Assembly (NCBI GenBank): GCA_951406725.2
Contig: OX597823.1
Location: forward strand, 23,188,001 to 23,252,000
Source of the DNA: Octopus vulgaris
Lineage: Eukaryota
DNA: 64,000 nt
Direction of reading: 5' to 3'
In this document: positions 9,952-23,137 of the stretch, one piece after another
Layout: every line of letters starts with the position of its first letter
Numbering within the stretch: position 1 is the stretch's first letter
Made by a program: the position numbers and the translations under genes
Notes under the pieces: generated by a model
The model's input: the letters and a program-made list of their open reading frames with translations, nothing else
Databases searched by the model: none
What the model was told of the DNA's origin: nothing

Positions 9952-12000
9952 ATCATCATCATCATCATCGTTTAGCGTCCGTTTTCCATGCTAGCATGGG
10001 TTGGACGGATCGACCGGGGTCTGGGAAGCCAGGAGGCTGCACCAGGCTCCAGTCTGATCTGGCAGTGTTTCTACAGCTGGATGCCCTTCCTAACGCCAAC
10101 CACTCCGTGAGTGTAGTGGGTGCTTTTTACGGCCACGATCGGTTGGTGCTTTTTACATGTCACCGGCACGGAAGCCAGTCAAGGCAGCGCTGGCATCGAC
10201 CACGTACAGATGGTGCCTTTTACGTGCCACTGGCACAGGTGCCAGGGGAGGCTGGCAACGACCATGATCGGTTGGTGCTTTTTACATGGCACCGGCACAG
10301 AAGCCAGTCAAGGCAGTGCTGGCATCGACCATGTACGGCTTGTGCATTTTACGTGCCACCGGCACAGGTATCACAGCTACAATTTCCATTTGATTTTTTG
10401 ATGTTGATGTACTTGACTCAATTGGTCTCCTCAAGCACAGCAGGTCGCCCCTACGATCCAAGGTAAGTACGGCAGGCTGTCCTGCGATCCAAGGCACTTT
10501 GGAAGGGCTGGGGCTTCTATGTGAAGCTGGTGCAGGAAACAGCCAGAGGTCTCAATCATTCATCATTGCCCCTGTGAGACCCAACTTTCGAAGGTCATGC
10601 TTGACCACCTCATCCCATGTCTTCCTGGGTCTACCTCTACCCCGGATTCCTTCAACTGTTTAGGAGTGGCACTTCTTCATACATCTCTCCTCATCCATCC
10701 ATAGTACATGACCATACCAGCGCAGACGTCTCTCTTGCATGCCACATCCAATCCTTCTTATGTCCAGCATTTCTCTCAGGACACTTACACTCTGTCGTGT
10801 GTGCACACTGACATTACACATCCAGTGGATCATGCTAGCTTCATTTCTTTCAAGCCTACACATGTCCTCTGCAGTCCCAGCCCATGTTTCACTACCGTGA
10901 AGCATGGCATTTCGCACACATGCATCGTACAATCTACCTTTCACTCTGAGTGAGAGACCCTTTGTCACCAGTAGGGGTAGGAGCTTTCTAAACTTTGCCC
11001 AGGCTATTCTTATTCTAGTGGTAACACTCTCTGAGCATCCACCCCCACTACTAACTTGGTCACCTAGCCGAAACTATCAATTACTTCTAGTTTCTTCCCC
11101 AGGAATGTAATGGAATCTGTTTTCTGAGTATTAATGGTGTCTATTGCCCCTGTGCATCTGCCGCACACGAAAGCTATCTTCTTGGTTAATTTTCCTTTGA
11201 TGGTGCTGCACCTCTTATGTGTCCATAGCTTACACTGAGTACATCTTATGGAGTTTCTACCTACATGAAGGGATGTGTGGTGTGTTTGCCTTCCTACTTA
11301 CTAGAACTTTAGTCTTTGCTACATTGACTCTAAGGCCTTTTGATTCTAAACCTAGCTTCCACACCTGAAATTTCTTTTCTAGTTCTGGTAGTGGTTCTGC
11401 TATGAGGGTCAGGTCATCAGCATAGAGGAGTTCCCAGGGGCAACCCATCATGAATTCCCCTGTTATTGCCTAGAGGACTATGATGAATAAAAGGGGACTG
11501 AGGGCTGAACCTTGGTGGACCCCTACTTCTACCCGGAATTCTTCACTATACTCATTGCCAATCCTAACCTTGCTGGCGGCCTCTCTGTATAGGGCTTGTA
11601 CAGCCCTTATTAACCATTTGTCAATCTCGCAGTTTCCGCATCGCCCACCAGATAAGGGATCAGGGAATCCTGTCAAAGGCTTTCTCCAAGTCCACAGAAG
11701 CTATGTAGAGGGGTTTATCTTTAGCTAGGTATTTCTCCTGCAGTTGTCGAACCAGGAATATGGCATCAGTGGTGCTTCTACCCGGCACAAAACCAAACTG
11801 TAGCTAATCTAAGCAAGCTCTCTCCCTAATGAGATGGGCTATGACCCTCTCTGTGACCTTCATCACCTGATCCAACAGTTTAATACCCCTGTAGTTATTT
11901 CTATCTAGAGCATCACCTTTACCCTTGTAGCAGTTGACTATGGTGCTGCTACGCCAGTCATTGGGTTTGACTCTATTATGAACTACCTGGTTTACAATAC
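9952..12000 (-). mobile_element. 5'-truncated RTE-clade LINE (RT fragments plus 3'UTR and (GAT)n tail)
   Basis: Motifs VGVHQGSALSPLLFIIVL, LLYADDL, GLRVNVAKTK, LHGSETW and RRLRWYGHV, with frameshifts. The 3'UTR has a ~60-bp minisatellite and ends GACGCTAAACGATGATGAT. Confidence 0.9.
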
Positions 12001-12808
12001 GGGGTCTGGGAAGCCAGGGGCTGCACCAAGCTCCAGTCTGATCTGGCAGTGTTTCTACAGCTGGATGCCCTTCCTAATGCCAACCACTCCGCGAGTGTAG
12101 TGGGTGCTTTTTACGTGCCACCTGCACAGGTGCCAGGGGAGTCCAGCATCGGCCACAATCGGTTGGTGCTTTTAACGTGCCACCGGCACGGAAGCCAGCC
12201 AAGGCTCAGATGGTGCTTTTTATGTGCCACCGGCAAAAGTATTACAACTACTATTTCCATTGATATTTATTTTAATGTTCATGTACTTGACTCACTATTT
12301 TCTTAATATGATTTGTCATTTCACAAAAGACTATGTCTTTAGATTCACTTAGATCACATTCTTTGAATAATGGCTGTTAATTCAAAAATAGTAAACAGAC
12401 ATTGTTATTTGGCTGTCTTTTCTCATCATCACCGTCATCATCATCATTTAATGGATAAAGATTGCTGAGAAAGAAATGATGGGTCTAGTTGGATGTTCAT
12501 GAAGTAGAGATCATTATAGACATGATAATGGGCAGAGAGAAGAGTTAGCATGTCTGTGGGTCAGAGAGTATAGTGTATTAGTGAGTAAGTCATTAGCAAT
12601 CAGTTTGTTGACATTTTGAAAACAGTCTGTGACTGCAATTCTTAACTTGGAGAAAACTTCCAATGGGAAAATTGCTTTTAGGTTAAAAATCTATTATTTG
12701 CACTGCTTTTTCCTCAATGTTTATTTTAAGAAAGCTAATGTTAAATTAATATTTCGTTTTTGGATTTGGTTTGCAAGATTCTGTATGTAAGGTCGTGTGT
12801 TGAAGCAT

Positions 12809-13063
12809 ATTTTGTTGTGTATGGGGAGAGCCATTCTCTTTTAGTACCTTGTTATTTAACACACACACCGGTAAAGTTTCCACTCATTTACTTATTTGTT
12901 TTTCCTGAAATTTTCATTGTGTCTTGCAACCTTTTCAATAGGTTTCAGGATGCAATGAAAATTTTAGGAAAAATAAATAAGTAAATGAGTGGAAACTTTA
13001 CCAATGTGTGTGTTAAATAACAAGGTACTAAAAGAGAATGACTCTCCCCAGACACAACAAAAT
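12809..13063. repeat. Long inverted repeat (foldback, ~120-bp arms, ~10-nt loop)
   Basis: ATTTTGTTGTGT..CCACTCATTTACTTATTT..GCAACC versus GGTTTC..AAATAAGTAAATGAGTGG..ACACAACAAAAT. Confidence 0.85.
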
Positions 13064-13429
13064 TAATATATGTTATATAAGATATTCTGTTGCATATGAG
13101 ACTACTATATGGAAAGATGCTGAACTGGGAAATAGAGGAAATACTGAAAAAATGGTGAAGAAACATTAGTCAAGGATGTTGTGAGTGAAGTAGATTTGAT
13201 TGTTATAAAATATCCGCAGTGTTTCAAAACTGAACTATTTTCTGATCATATAAAAATTTTCTTTATCGTCACAAAAGATTATTATAATGATTAACACTTT
13301 CTTTTAATCACATACAGAAATCTATAATAGAGTAACCTAATTTTTATCATCATCATCATCTTCATTATTGATATTTTGCTTGATTTGAGACTCGCTGATT
13401 AAGATGATAAACTTACAAATATAAAATGT

Positions 13430-13658
13430 TTAACCCTTTAGTGTTTAAACCGGCCAAATCCGGCCCAATATATTCTATATGTTTTATATTCAAACTGGCG
13501 ATATCTAGCCTCTCACTCCTAACCTACAATGCCATTCTGAAAATAAACAATCACATCATTGAAACCTCAAAGCTATAAGATAATGCATGATTAATTCAAA
13601 ACAATTTGAGTGAAAAAGTATTACATTCAACAGAGTATTCTGAACACTAAAGGGTTAA
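13430..13658 (+). mobile_element. piggyBac-type MITE, second family
   Basis: TTAA-CCCTTTAG...CTAAAGGG-TTAA; copies at 47760-47983 and, reversed, 51314-51542. Confidence 0.85.
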
Positions 13659-14489
13659 GGTCATTGCCTACCCCAAATATTACAATCAACTGACAATCCC
13701 ACAGTATGAAATACTGGGTATGTGTCTTCTACCAGACTCTCAAGTAGAATAAAGCCTTGTGACTGAAATTTGAGGGACATAACCTGTGTGGAAGCCTGTA
13801 CAAGTGACAGTACCTGTTCTTGGATTACAGACTTAATCCACCATCAATTTTACCACTGCCACCTGGCCATTGAGTGCTTTTAATGGTGTCTGCTCTTGCA
13901 AGTATTTGTGATACATCTTTATTCAGCAGATAACTTACTTCTTTACTCACACAACTTTTGGAAACTCTGAAAAAGCTAATGTATGCTGCCCTCCTTTCTC
14001 TCACTGAGTGATTATAGATAAAAACTGCACTTTATTTACATTTGACAAATATCCGTCAAATATAAATAATGTAAATAATGTACACAATTCCTCATCTCTT
14101 AAATATAGAACTGTAAAAAAAATGCACTGTTCCATTTACCTGAGCCAAACTGATTGAAAAATAAATCTAAATACATTTTAAGTAAATCTGTTTGGCAATA
14201 CTTGATTATTCTTGTATCTTCAGTACTGAGTTTCATTTTCAAAGCAGAAAATACCTTAGCTCTTAACATTTACATGTCATAATTGTATTCTTCATTAGAA
14301 TACTGCTTACCTATCCAGACTTTGTTGAAAAAAATAAAAAAATATCCATTTAATAGACAATTCTTGATTTATCAACACATGCATTCTGTCTTTCCTTTGT
14401 GTCTTGTATCATAATGACAACTTCTTGTTCCATTAAACTGTGTATAAAGCTACCTAGCTTGTCATTTCTGTTTTGCCTTCCACAATATT

Positions 14490-14660
14490 ATAGGTGCAGG
14501 AGTGACTGTGTGGTAAGTAGATTGCTTACCTACCACATGGTTCTGGGTTCAGTCCCACTGCATGGCATGTTGGGCAAGTGTCTTCTACTATAGCCTCGAG
14601 CCAACCAAAGCTTGTGAGTGGATTTGGTAGACGGAAACTGAAAGAAACCCATCGTATATA
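14490..14660 (+). mobile_element. tRNA-derived SINE (CORE-like family)
   Basis: A-box-like GTGTGGTAAG, B-box-like GGTTCAGTCCC and TTGGGCAAGTGTCTT core. Reverse copies at ~15525-15680 and ~49165-49580. Confidence 0.7.
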
Positions 14661-15119
14661 TATGTGTGTGTGTGTGTGCCTACAACCCTAGTATGTTGAC
14701 ATCTATAGGCAATGAAAATTAGATTCACTTTTGACCATAGGCTGAAACAGCTGTAAGAAGTAATTTCTGGATTTCAATAATTTATAATATGACTTTTAAA
14801 ATCTGTATTTGTATTATTATCTTATCTATTGATTTATATAATATTTTGTATGCTTTTGATGTTCTCATTTGTAAAATAATCTAACATTACAATATCCGTA
14901 AGTTGATGAACAAACTAAATTTGTTTCTCCATTTTCTTATTTTTTCTTATTTGTATTATAAATTTACGGCAAAAATATTTCTTTACCTTCACCCGTTTAA
15001 TACAATAAATGAATTAATTGCATTGCAATTAAAAACATTTATGTATTAAGAATTTAGGTACTTTACCAACAGTATATTGGATAAATGATATCCCATAGTA
15101 GGTTGCACCCATAACCCCT

Positions 15120-15495
<376 letters not shown>

Positions 15496-16183
15496 GTTTG
15501 TGTGTATGTGTATGTATATATATATGATGCACTTCTTTCAGTTTCCACCTACCAAATCTACTCACAAGGCTTTGGTTGGCCTGAGGCTATAGTAGAAGAC
15601 ACTAAACCAAGGTGCCACACAGTGGGATTGAACCTGTAACCATTTGGTTGGGAAACAAGCTTCTCACCACACAGCTACTCGGTTAAATTATTTTCTATGG
15701 CTGATGCTTTTCCTGTCCCCAACTTTCTCATGTTTCCAAGCAGTGTAACATTCACCCATGGCTGGACATGTTTCCAAGGAAGGTTGGAAACAAATGACTG
15801 CTTGTATGATGGTGACATTCATTTACAACTGCTATGTGATGTCACACATGCACACACGAGTTATATACATCAGTTTAATGGGATCATATAGAATGTGGTC
15901 AATAGGTTGTTAGCATCTAACATACATATGGCTTGTATAGAACTCTCAAAGGAAAAGTATTAGATGAATAAAACTTATTAATCAATATAAAAGATTCACT
16001 TTATTCCATATCCAAATTAATGGAGTAATTTTGGATAAGATGACAAATGCAACACAACTCCAAATTCAATACTGTGCCAGAATTAAAGAGTCCCCTCCTC
16101 TGCATTGTCACCAGTGCAATGTCTTTTCTCATAGATGAACTTGACTAGGGCTGGCTTATGTCTAAAGAACAGTAGAAATATAT

Positions 16184-16410
16184 ATTTCTTTACTACTCAC
16201 AAGGGGCTACACACAGAGGGGGACAAACAAGGACAGACAAACGGATTAAGTCGATTACATCGAAACCAGTGCATAACTGGTGCTTAATTTATCAACCCCC
16301 GAAAGGATGAAAGGCAAAGTCGACCGCGGCGGAAATTGAACCCAGAATGTAACAGCAGACGAAATACGGCTACGCATTTCGCCCAGTGTGCTAACGTTTC
16401 TGCCAGCTCG
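16184..16410 (-). mobile_element. tRNA-derived SINE (Meta-like core family)
   Basis: Reverse complement of the family seen at 28374-28610; another copy at ~22035-22250. Confidence 0.75.
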
Positions 16411-16616
16411 ATAAAATAATATCAGTGTAAATGAGCCAACAAAGAGCCCCTATGTGGACACTTGCCCTGTTAGAAGTAGAACCAGGTCTAAACAACAACA
16501 GAATAAAACATTAGTAGAAGAATCAAATAAACTCCATGCCAACAAAAATTTTGTTTATATAACACAGCCTTAGAGATTTTCTGATTTTTTTTTTCTTCTG
16601 TAAATTCACTTTTCAG

Positions 16617-16708
16617 GGTGAGAGTGGAAAATGGGGAGAGTTATATTTTTATAAACAACCTAATTATTTTTTTATCTAAAACAAGACTAATTTTGCATAG
16701 AGATTCAG
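16617..16708 (+). other. Possible 5'UTR exon of the secreted-protein gene
   Basis: Polypyrimidine tract and TTTTCAG acceptor at 16616; CAG|GTAAAT donor at 16709. No coding support. Confidence 0.3.
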
Positions 16709-17148
16709 GTAAATATTGTGATATTGTGTAAAATTGGTTTAATTCATTGGTTGATCAGAAACATGAGAAGTTTTTGGCAAAATTACAGATGATTCATTGA
16801 ACATATTTCACTTCACATGCTTTTTTTAATGATAAGGTAGACGCAAACATGTGAGTGTATACATACATATATACATGTACACATACATGAATACATACGA
16901 ACATACAGATACATATACACATACAAATAAATATATATACATACATATATAATATATATATATTATGTATGTATGTATATATATATATATATATATATCA
17001 TCATCATCATCATCATCGTTTAGCGGACGTTAAACGATGATGATGATGATGATGATATATATATATATATATATAATAAACCTGATAAAAAGCAATATAG
17101 AGCATTGTTTCTTTCTCAATTATTACAGAGGTAAAAGCATTTACCATC

Positions 17149-17161
17149 ATGAAGCTTTTTG
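17149..17161 (+). CDS. Secreted 142-aa protein (ALF-like?), coding exon 1: MKLF(V)
   Basis: TTACAG acceptor at 17128, CATC-ATG context, G|GTAAGT donor; phase 1. Confidence 0.75.
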
Positions 17162-18854
17162 GTAAGTAAACACTAAGCTTCCCTGTTATACTTCTGGTCC
17201 TTTCAGATGTTGTTCATGCACTATTTCTGGAAATTTTGAGTTTGCTTATAGCTGAGGACTATTTGTTGATGGTTACTTGTTTATTGACATAATCTATTTC
17301 ATCAAAATTAGTCTGCAAGTGAGAAGCTTGTGGTCTAAAATCATATTCACATATAATAGCAATTCCGATCCAATTTCTAGTCTTTCTTTATTCTATCAAT
17401 AGCATCTTTTCCTTCTCTAACAACACCTCTACCTCTTTTCTGATAAAAAAAATCCAAACTGGGATGCTTTTACAAATTAAAATTGAAAACAATAGAAATA
17501 AATATAATGGTAATTTTATTTTAGCTAAATAACTTGAATGAAATATGAACTGAAATTTTAAAATAAATAATTTTGAAACTAAAAGAAAAATTAAACATTT
17601 GCTTTAATGATTCATATTAGACTTCAAATTTTATTGGATTTCAGTTTCAGTTTGATTTTCAAATTCACACAAAAAGTTTTTGTAAATTTTTACTAGACCC
17701 CTACCAATTTTTGATTTTTAAAAATATTTTCTCTCATTTTGAAAAACCTCAAAATATAAAATATAAAACTTTAAACTTTCACTCTATATAACATTAAATG
17801 CATGACAGAACTTTTCTGAGATAAGTCAATTTTTTCCATCTGTGATGACTGAATTCAGCTCATCAATATTGCAAGGCAGCTTCTAGTTGAAATACTGCAT
17901 ACTTAAAAATCAGTGAATAGTGCCATTTAGTTGTGCTTACTTATAGCTAGGTCAACAGTACCACTAAGTAAGATGAACTTGCTACTAGATGTATTTTCTA
18001 TGATCAACAAAGATTGTATTTGAAGTGAATTTGAGTGGGGTCTGCATCTTGTAGCAGAGCTGTCTTTGAAATACCTGTAGTAGGGTTGTTTTAAAGGGAA
18101 TGCCTCTGGGCAAACCAATGCACTTGTATCCCTTCATTCACAACCTACATGTATGATACAGTATACATCAGGCACATGCTGTTAGTAATTACTCAGGGTA
18201 GGCAGTTGGTGATGTTTGTGTAGTAAAACACACAGAAAAATAAATGAAACACAGGAACACAACTGAGTTGTAGGCAGATCTACTTCTGCCTTTATAGCAT
18301 GTAAAGAAAACGTCGTTGTAGGAATGTATGCAGCACATGTGCTACAGCAGTTCTATGCATAGCTTTAATACTGGGATTGAAAGTTAGGGGCATATTATGC
18401 CTACCTAATTTACAAAAAAGTAAATATTTTGTATTCTATGCATAGTAATCAGAGTAACCTTCATAACTTTATTGAATTAGGTGCATATTTTGCCATAAAA
18501 GAAAAATATTACTATTGATCTATTTTATTCAGGGTAGGCACAGCCTACCTTGCCTACCCAGGCAGCTATATCTCTGGTATACATAGATTAGTATCAGCTT
18601 ACAAAACCTGTGAAACTCATAGATAACTGCTTCATGTGCCCATGTCTTAAGATGGCACTGCTTTGCAGTACCTCTCTCTTACATATGAGTACCTTAGGCT
18701 ACTCATGACAAAGCAATTTAAGAACATTTAAAAAAAAATTTAAGTATAAAAAAAAAGAATTAAAAAAGAAAGTTAATTTGACCTAGAAGTGATTCTCTCC
18801 CCTTAATGGTAAATTCACCAGAAGTAAAGCACGTTCTGTATTTATGTAGGTATA

Positions 18855-19197
18855 TCATCATCATCGTCGTTTAACGTCTGTTTTCCATACTGACATGAGT
18901 TGGATGGTTCAACTGGGGTCAGAGAAACCAGGAGGCTGCACCAGGCCCCAATCTTATCTGGCATTGTTTCTACAGCTGGATGCCCTTCCTAACGCCAACC
19001 ACTCCGAGAGTGTAGCAGGTGCTTTTTATGTGCCACTGGCACAGGGAGCTGGCATCAGCCATGATCAGATGGTGCTTTTTATGTGCCACCACTACGGAAA
19101 CCAGTCAAGGCGGCACTGGCATCGGCCACATTCGGATGGTGCCTTTTGTATTAAAGAATCTTCAAAGTAAAGTTCAGTAATCACAGAGGACTTCTTG

Positions 19198-19228
<31 letters not shown>

Positions 19229-19555
19229 GTTTAACGTCCGTTTTCTATGCTAGCATGGGTTGGACGGTTCAACTGGGGTCTGGGAAGCCAGAAGGCTGTG
19301 CCAGGCCCAGTCTGATCTGGTAGTGTTTCTACGGCTGGATGCCCTTCCTAACGCCAACCACTCCGTGAGTGTAGTGGGTACTTTTTACGTGCCACCTGCA
19401 CAGGTGCCAGATGAGGCTGGCAAACGGCCACGATCGGATGGTGCTTTTTATGTGCCACTGGCACGGGGGCCAGACGAGATTGGCCACAGCCACAATCGAA
19501 TGGTGCATTTTACGTGCCACTGGCACGGAGGCCAGTCGGGGCAGCGCTGGCTCTC
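18855..19555 (-). mobile_element. Two tandem RTE 3'-end copies (18855-19150, 19199-19555)
   Basis: Both begin on the + strand with (CAT)n-CGTTTAACGTC and share the family body. Confidence 0.85.
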
Positions 19556-20383
19556 TTACGTGCTATTACCTGAGTTGAATATTTCACTCCACCATTCATT
19601 CTTCTATGCTTGTATTTCTGTTTGTGTCACAATGGTTTTGGTATTTTGTTTAAAGCTAAAATTACTTTTTAAATTTTTCAGTCCACAGTTAGTGCATGTA
19701 GACATAAAATATCAAATAAAATTTTGCATTTCTATTTTTATTCTGCATCTTATCAACCCTTTTCATACCAGCCTGTTTGAGTCTGTCCCTGATTCTTGTA
19801 GAAACTTAGTTTGAAAATGATCTAAATTAAAATCTTCCATCAAAATTTCTTGTTAATTTATACTACATGACCAGCTTAAAATTGGTGATGTTATTTTACT
19901 AAATTCTTCAATATTTTGAAGATTAATTGAAACAAAGACAATACATTATACAGAAATATCATGATAAACAAGTAAAGTTCCCTATCCTATTCATTCTTAT
20001 TCTTTGTAGTTTTGCCTAATACTTTCTCGTGCTATACTTTATTAACTTTCACATATTTTCTGAATCAATCTTATACTTTTCTATGTTTTCTGATACATTT
20101 TTTAATTCTTTCCTATACTTTCTTATTTTTTTCTATAATTTCTTGTACTTTTTATGTTTCTAAACTATTGTAATCTTTCATACACTTTAGCTTACTTTTT
20201 AATACTCTCCTATATCACCCTGTTCTTTTTATACTTCTTACTATGCTGTCTAATACTTTCCCATACTTCCTTATACATTTCCATGCTTTTTATATGAATC
20301 TTAATCAAACTCAGCTGCAAAGTAAAGATGATATTTTTTCTTTCTTTTTTTCTTCTTTTTTTTTACTCTTCTTTGGTTTTCAG

Positions 20384-20553
20384 TGTTCCTCATTTGTTCT
20401 ATGTGTTCCATGGTGTTGTTCCACCACGTTGATGCTACAAGCTATCAGTTTGACATAAGACAATCTCTGGCAACAATCGACCTATTGCTCAAGGCTGGTC
20501 TGAGTACCTTAAAAGTGCATGTGAGCAGCCTTTTTCAATCAACAAGTGGAAAG
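20384..20553 (+). CDS. Secreted protein exon 2: FLICSMCSMVLFHHVDA|TSYQFDIRQSLATIDLLLKAGLSTLKVHVSSLFQSTSGK
   Basis: Long polypyrimidine tract plus CAG, AAG|GTAAGA donor, open frame. Completes a hydrophobic signal peptide ending V-D-A. Confidence 0.8.
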
Positions 20554-22635
20554 GTAAGAACAAGAAGAGATATTTCTAAGCAAACAGCCACATCATATTG
20601 ATCATCTTTGTCAACATCATCATCAATGTTTCTTGATATAGGCACTAAGAAACTATTCAACTAGAGGGGAAACAATAGGAAAAAAAAATATGTGATTTGA
20701 ATGATACAATTCTCTATATCAGTAAAAAGTTTGTCTTCACTCTGAAATAGGAATAAAAAGTTTGTCACTCTTTCTGACAAAGTGGGATTGTTGGTTAGGA
20801 ATAGGACCTAGTAAGTAGTAGAATTATGTTGGTTTCACACTTATCAAGAACAAAGTCACCAGTCTGAATGGATAACTGTCCTCAGTGAAACACATCTAAA
20901 TGTTTAGCTGTGTAAAGAAGTACTGAGCTTTATCTGTGAACATGTAGAAGAGATAGACCCTGGAAGACATGGCATGAAGTGATGAAGCATGATCTTTGAA
21001 CGTTGGGCCTCATGGAGGCAATGACTAGAGACTGAGACCATTGGTGATATGCAGTACTTAAGAAGACCTGTAAAACCAAGTGAAATCATAGTCATGGTTG
21101 ATGCTGATGTCATGCAACTGGCATTCTTGCTAGTGGCATATAAAAAGTACAGAGGCAATGTGGGCAATGCTGGTGTTATGTAAAAAGCACCTTTCAAGCA
21201 TTGGGCCTAACTGAGGCAATGACAAATGACTGAGACCCTTTGGCAATATGCTATGCTTGAGTAGAAGACCCATCAAGCCAAGGGAAATTGTAGTCATGGC
21301 AGATACTGGTGTCATGCAAGTGGCACCTGTGCCAGTGGAATGTAATAGCACCCATTACACTCTCAGACTAGTTGGCATTAGGAAGGGCATCCAGTCATAG
21401 AAACCACGTCAAATCAGACTAGAGTCTGTGCAGCCCCTCAGCTTGTCAGCTCAGGTCAAACCGTCCAACCCATGCCAGCAGGGACAATGGACATTAAATG
21501 ATGACGATGTTTTTTTGTATCTGTGATCATCATCATCATCATCATTGGTCAATAGTTGATAATGAATGTTACCATCATACAAGTACTGTCTTTCCCTTCC
21601 AATCTTCTGCAAAAATAGGTTTGGTTATAGGGAAATATTACCATGCTTGGAAACAGGTGAGGATTGGCGACAGGAAGGGCATCTGGCTATAGAAAATCTG
21701 CCTTGATGAACTCTGACTCATGCGAGCTTGGAGAAATGGATGTCAGAATGATGGTGCTGATATGTGCACGTTTCCAGCAACCAAATTCCATTCACAAAAC
21801 ACTGGTCAATCCAAGGTTATAGTAAAAGACCTTTTATTTAATGTGATATGCAATAGCATAGGACCTAGAACCACATGGTTGAACTGAAAACTTCTTCACT
21901 ATTGGTTGTAATGGGGTGAAATGCAGTAATGGTGGTATTGAAATCAGTATTAGTAGTAACAAGAGATTACAAATCAACTTGGTTAATCCAAGTGATAACC
22001 AATAAAAAAAAGTTTTATATTTAGTATCTAGAATTCTTTTCTACTCTAGGCACAAGGCCCAAAATTTTGGGGGAGGGGACCAGTTGAGTAGATCAACTCC
22101 AGTGTGCAAGTGGTACTTAATTTATTGACACTGAAAGGATGAAAGGCAAAGTTGACCTCAGTAGAATTTGAACTCAGAATGTAAAGACAAACAAAATACC
22201 GCTATGCATTTCGCCAGGCATGCTAATGTTTCTGCCAGCTTGCCACGTTAATAAAGTATCTAGAACTGAGATACTAAATATAAACTAAATGTAAAACTAG
22301 ATTTGAGATGATTTCATCCTATAGTCTTTTAAGCCTCTTGGATTGAATAGGTGGTAGACTGGGAGAATCCTTAACACACCAAGCCTGTGAAATTAGTTAT
22401 CTCCCTTACTATTCTGAGTCGAAATACCTCTAAGGTCAATTTTGATCTATATCGTTTCTGAAGTCAAAATATAGTTGCACTCAAGCATTGAGATTAATTT
22501 AATGTACCTGTAAAGCATCCTGGATGTAAATGGAATTATAACAGAAGACTAAAATTAACCAATATTCTAATTATCTTTCCAATTTAATACATTGGAAACA
22601 GCTATTTAACTACAATATGTTTATATTTAATGTGA

Positions 22636-22955
22636 AGGCACGTGGTTTAGTGGTTCAGGCATTCGGCTCACAATTGTAAGGTTGTGAGTTCAATTCCTGG
22701 TGACACATTGTGTCCTTGAGCAAGACACTTTATTTTACATTGCTCCAGTCCACTCAGCTGGCAAAAATGAGTTGTACCTGTATTTCAGAAGTCTAACCTT
22801 GTCACACTCTGTGTCATGATGAATCTCCTTGAGAACTACATTAAGAGTACACGTGTCTGTGGAGTGCTCAGCCACTTGCACATTAATTTCATGAGCAAGC
22901 TGTTCCATTGATCATATCAGCTAGGACCCTCGCCATAGTAACTGATGGAGTACTC
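22636..22955 (+). mobile_element. tRNA-derived SINE (CORE-like)
   Basis: A box TGGTTTAGTGG, B box GAGTTCAATTCC and GTGTCCTTGAGCAAGACACTT core. Confidence 0.7.
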
Positions 22956-23055
22956 CTATTGTATTTAGTAAGTTCTAAGTTAATATTTGATGAACATGTT
23001 TACATTTTACAAGTTATATTAAATAATTTCTCATTATTATTCTTATAATGAACAG

Positions 23056-23137
23056 ATTCCAATTGATGGCACTCCACTTATCATGAATTACTTTGCTCAT
23101 GATTGTGATATACATATAGGAAGAAAGAGAATGTTGC
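23056..23137 (+). CDS. Secreted protein exon 3: IPIDGTPLIMNYFAHDCDIHIGRKRML(L)
   Basis: AACAG acceptor and C|GTAAGT donor; phase 0 to 1 exactly bridges exons 2 and 4. Confidence 0.75.

Noticed and set aside
9996-10466. Recurrent ORFs with LDALPNANHS / [12 protein letters not shown] peptides (also 12049, 15118, 18895, 19260, 34320, 41201, 54766)
   Set aside because: Translations of the RTE 3'UTR repeat, not a gene family.
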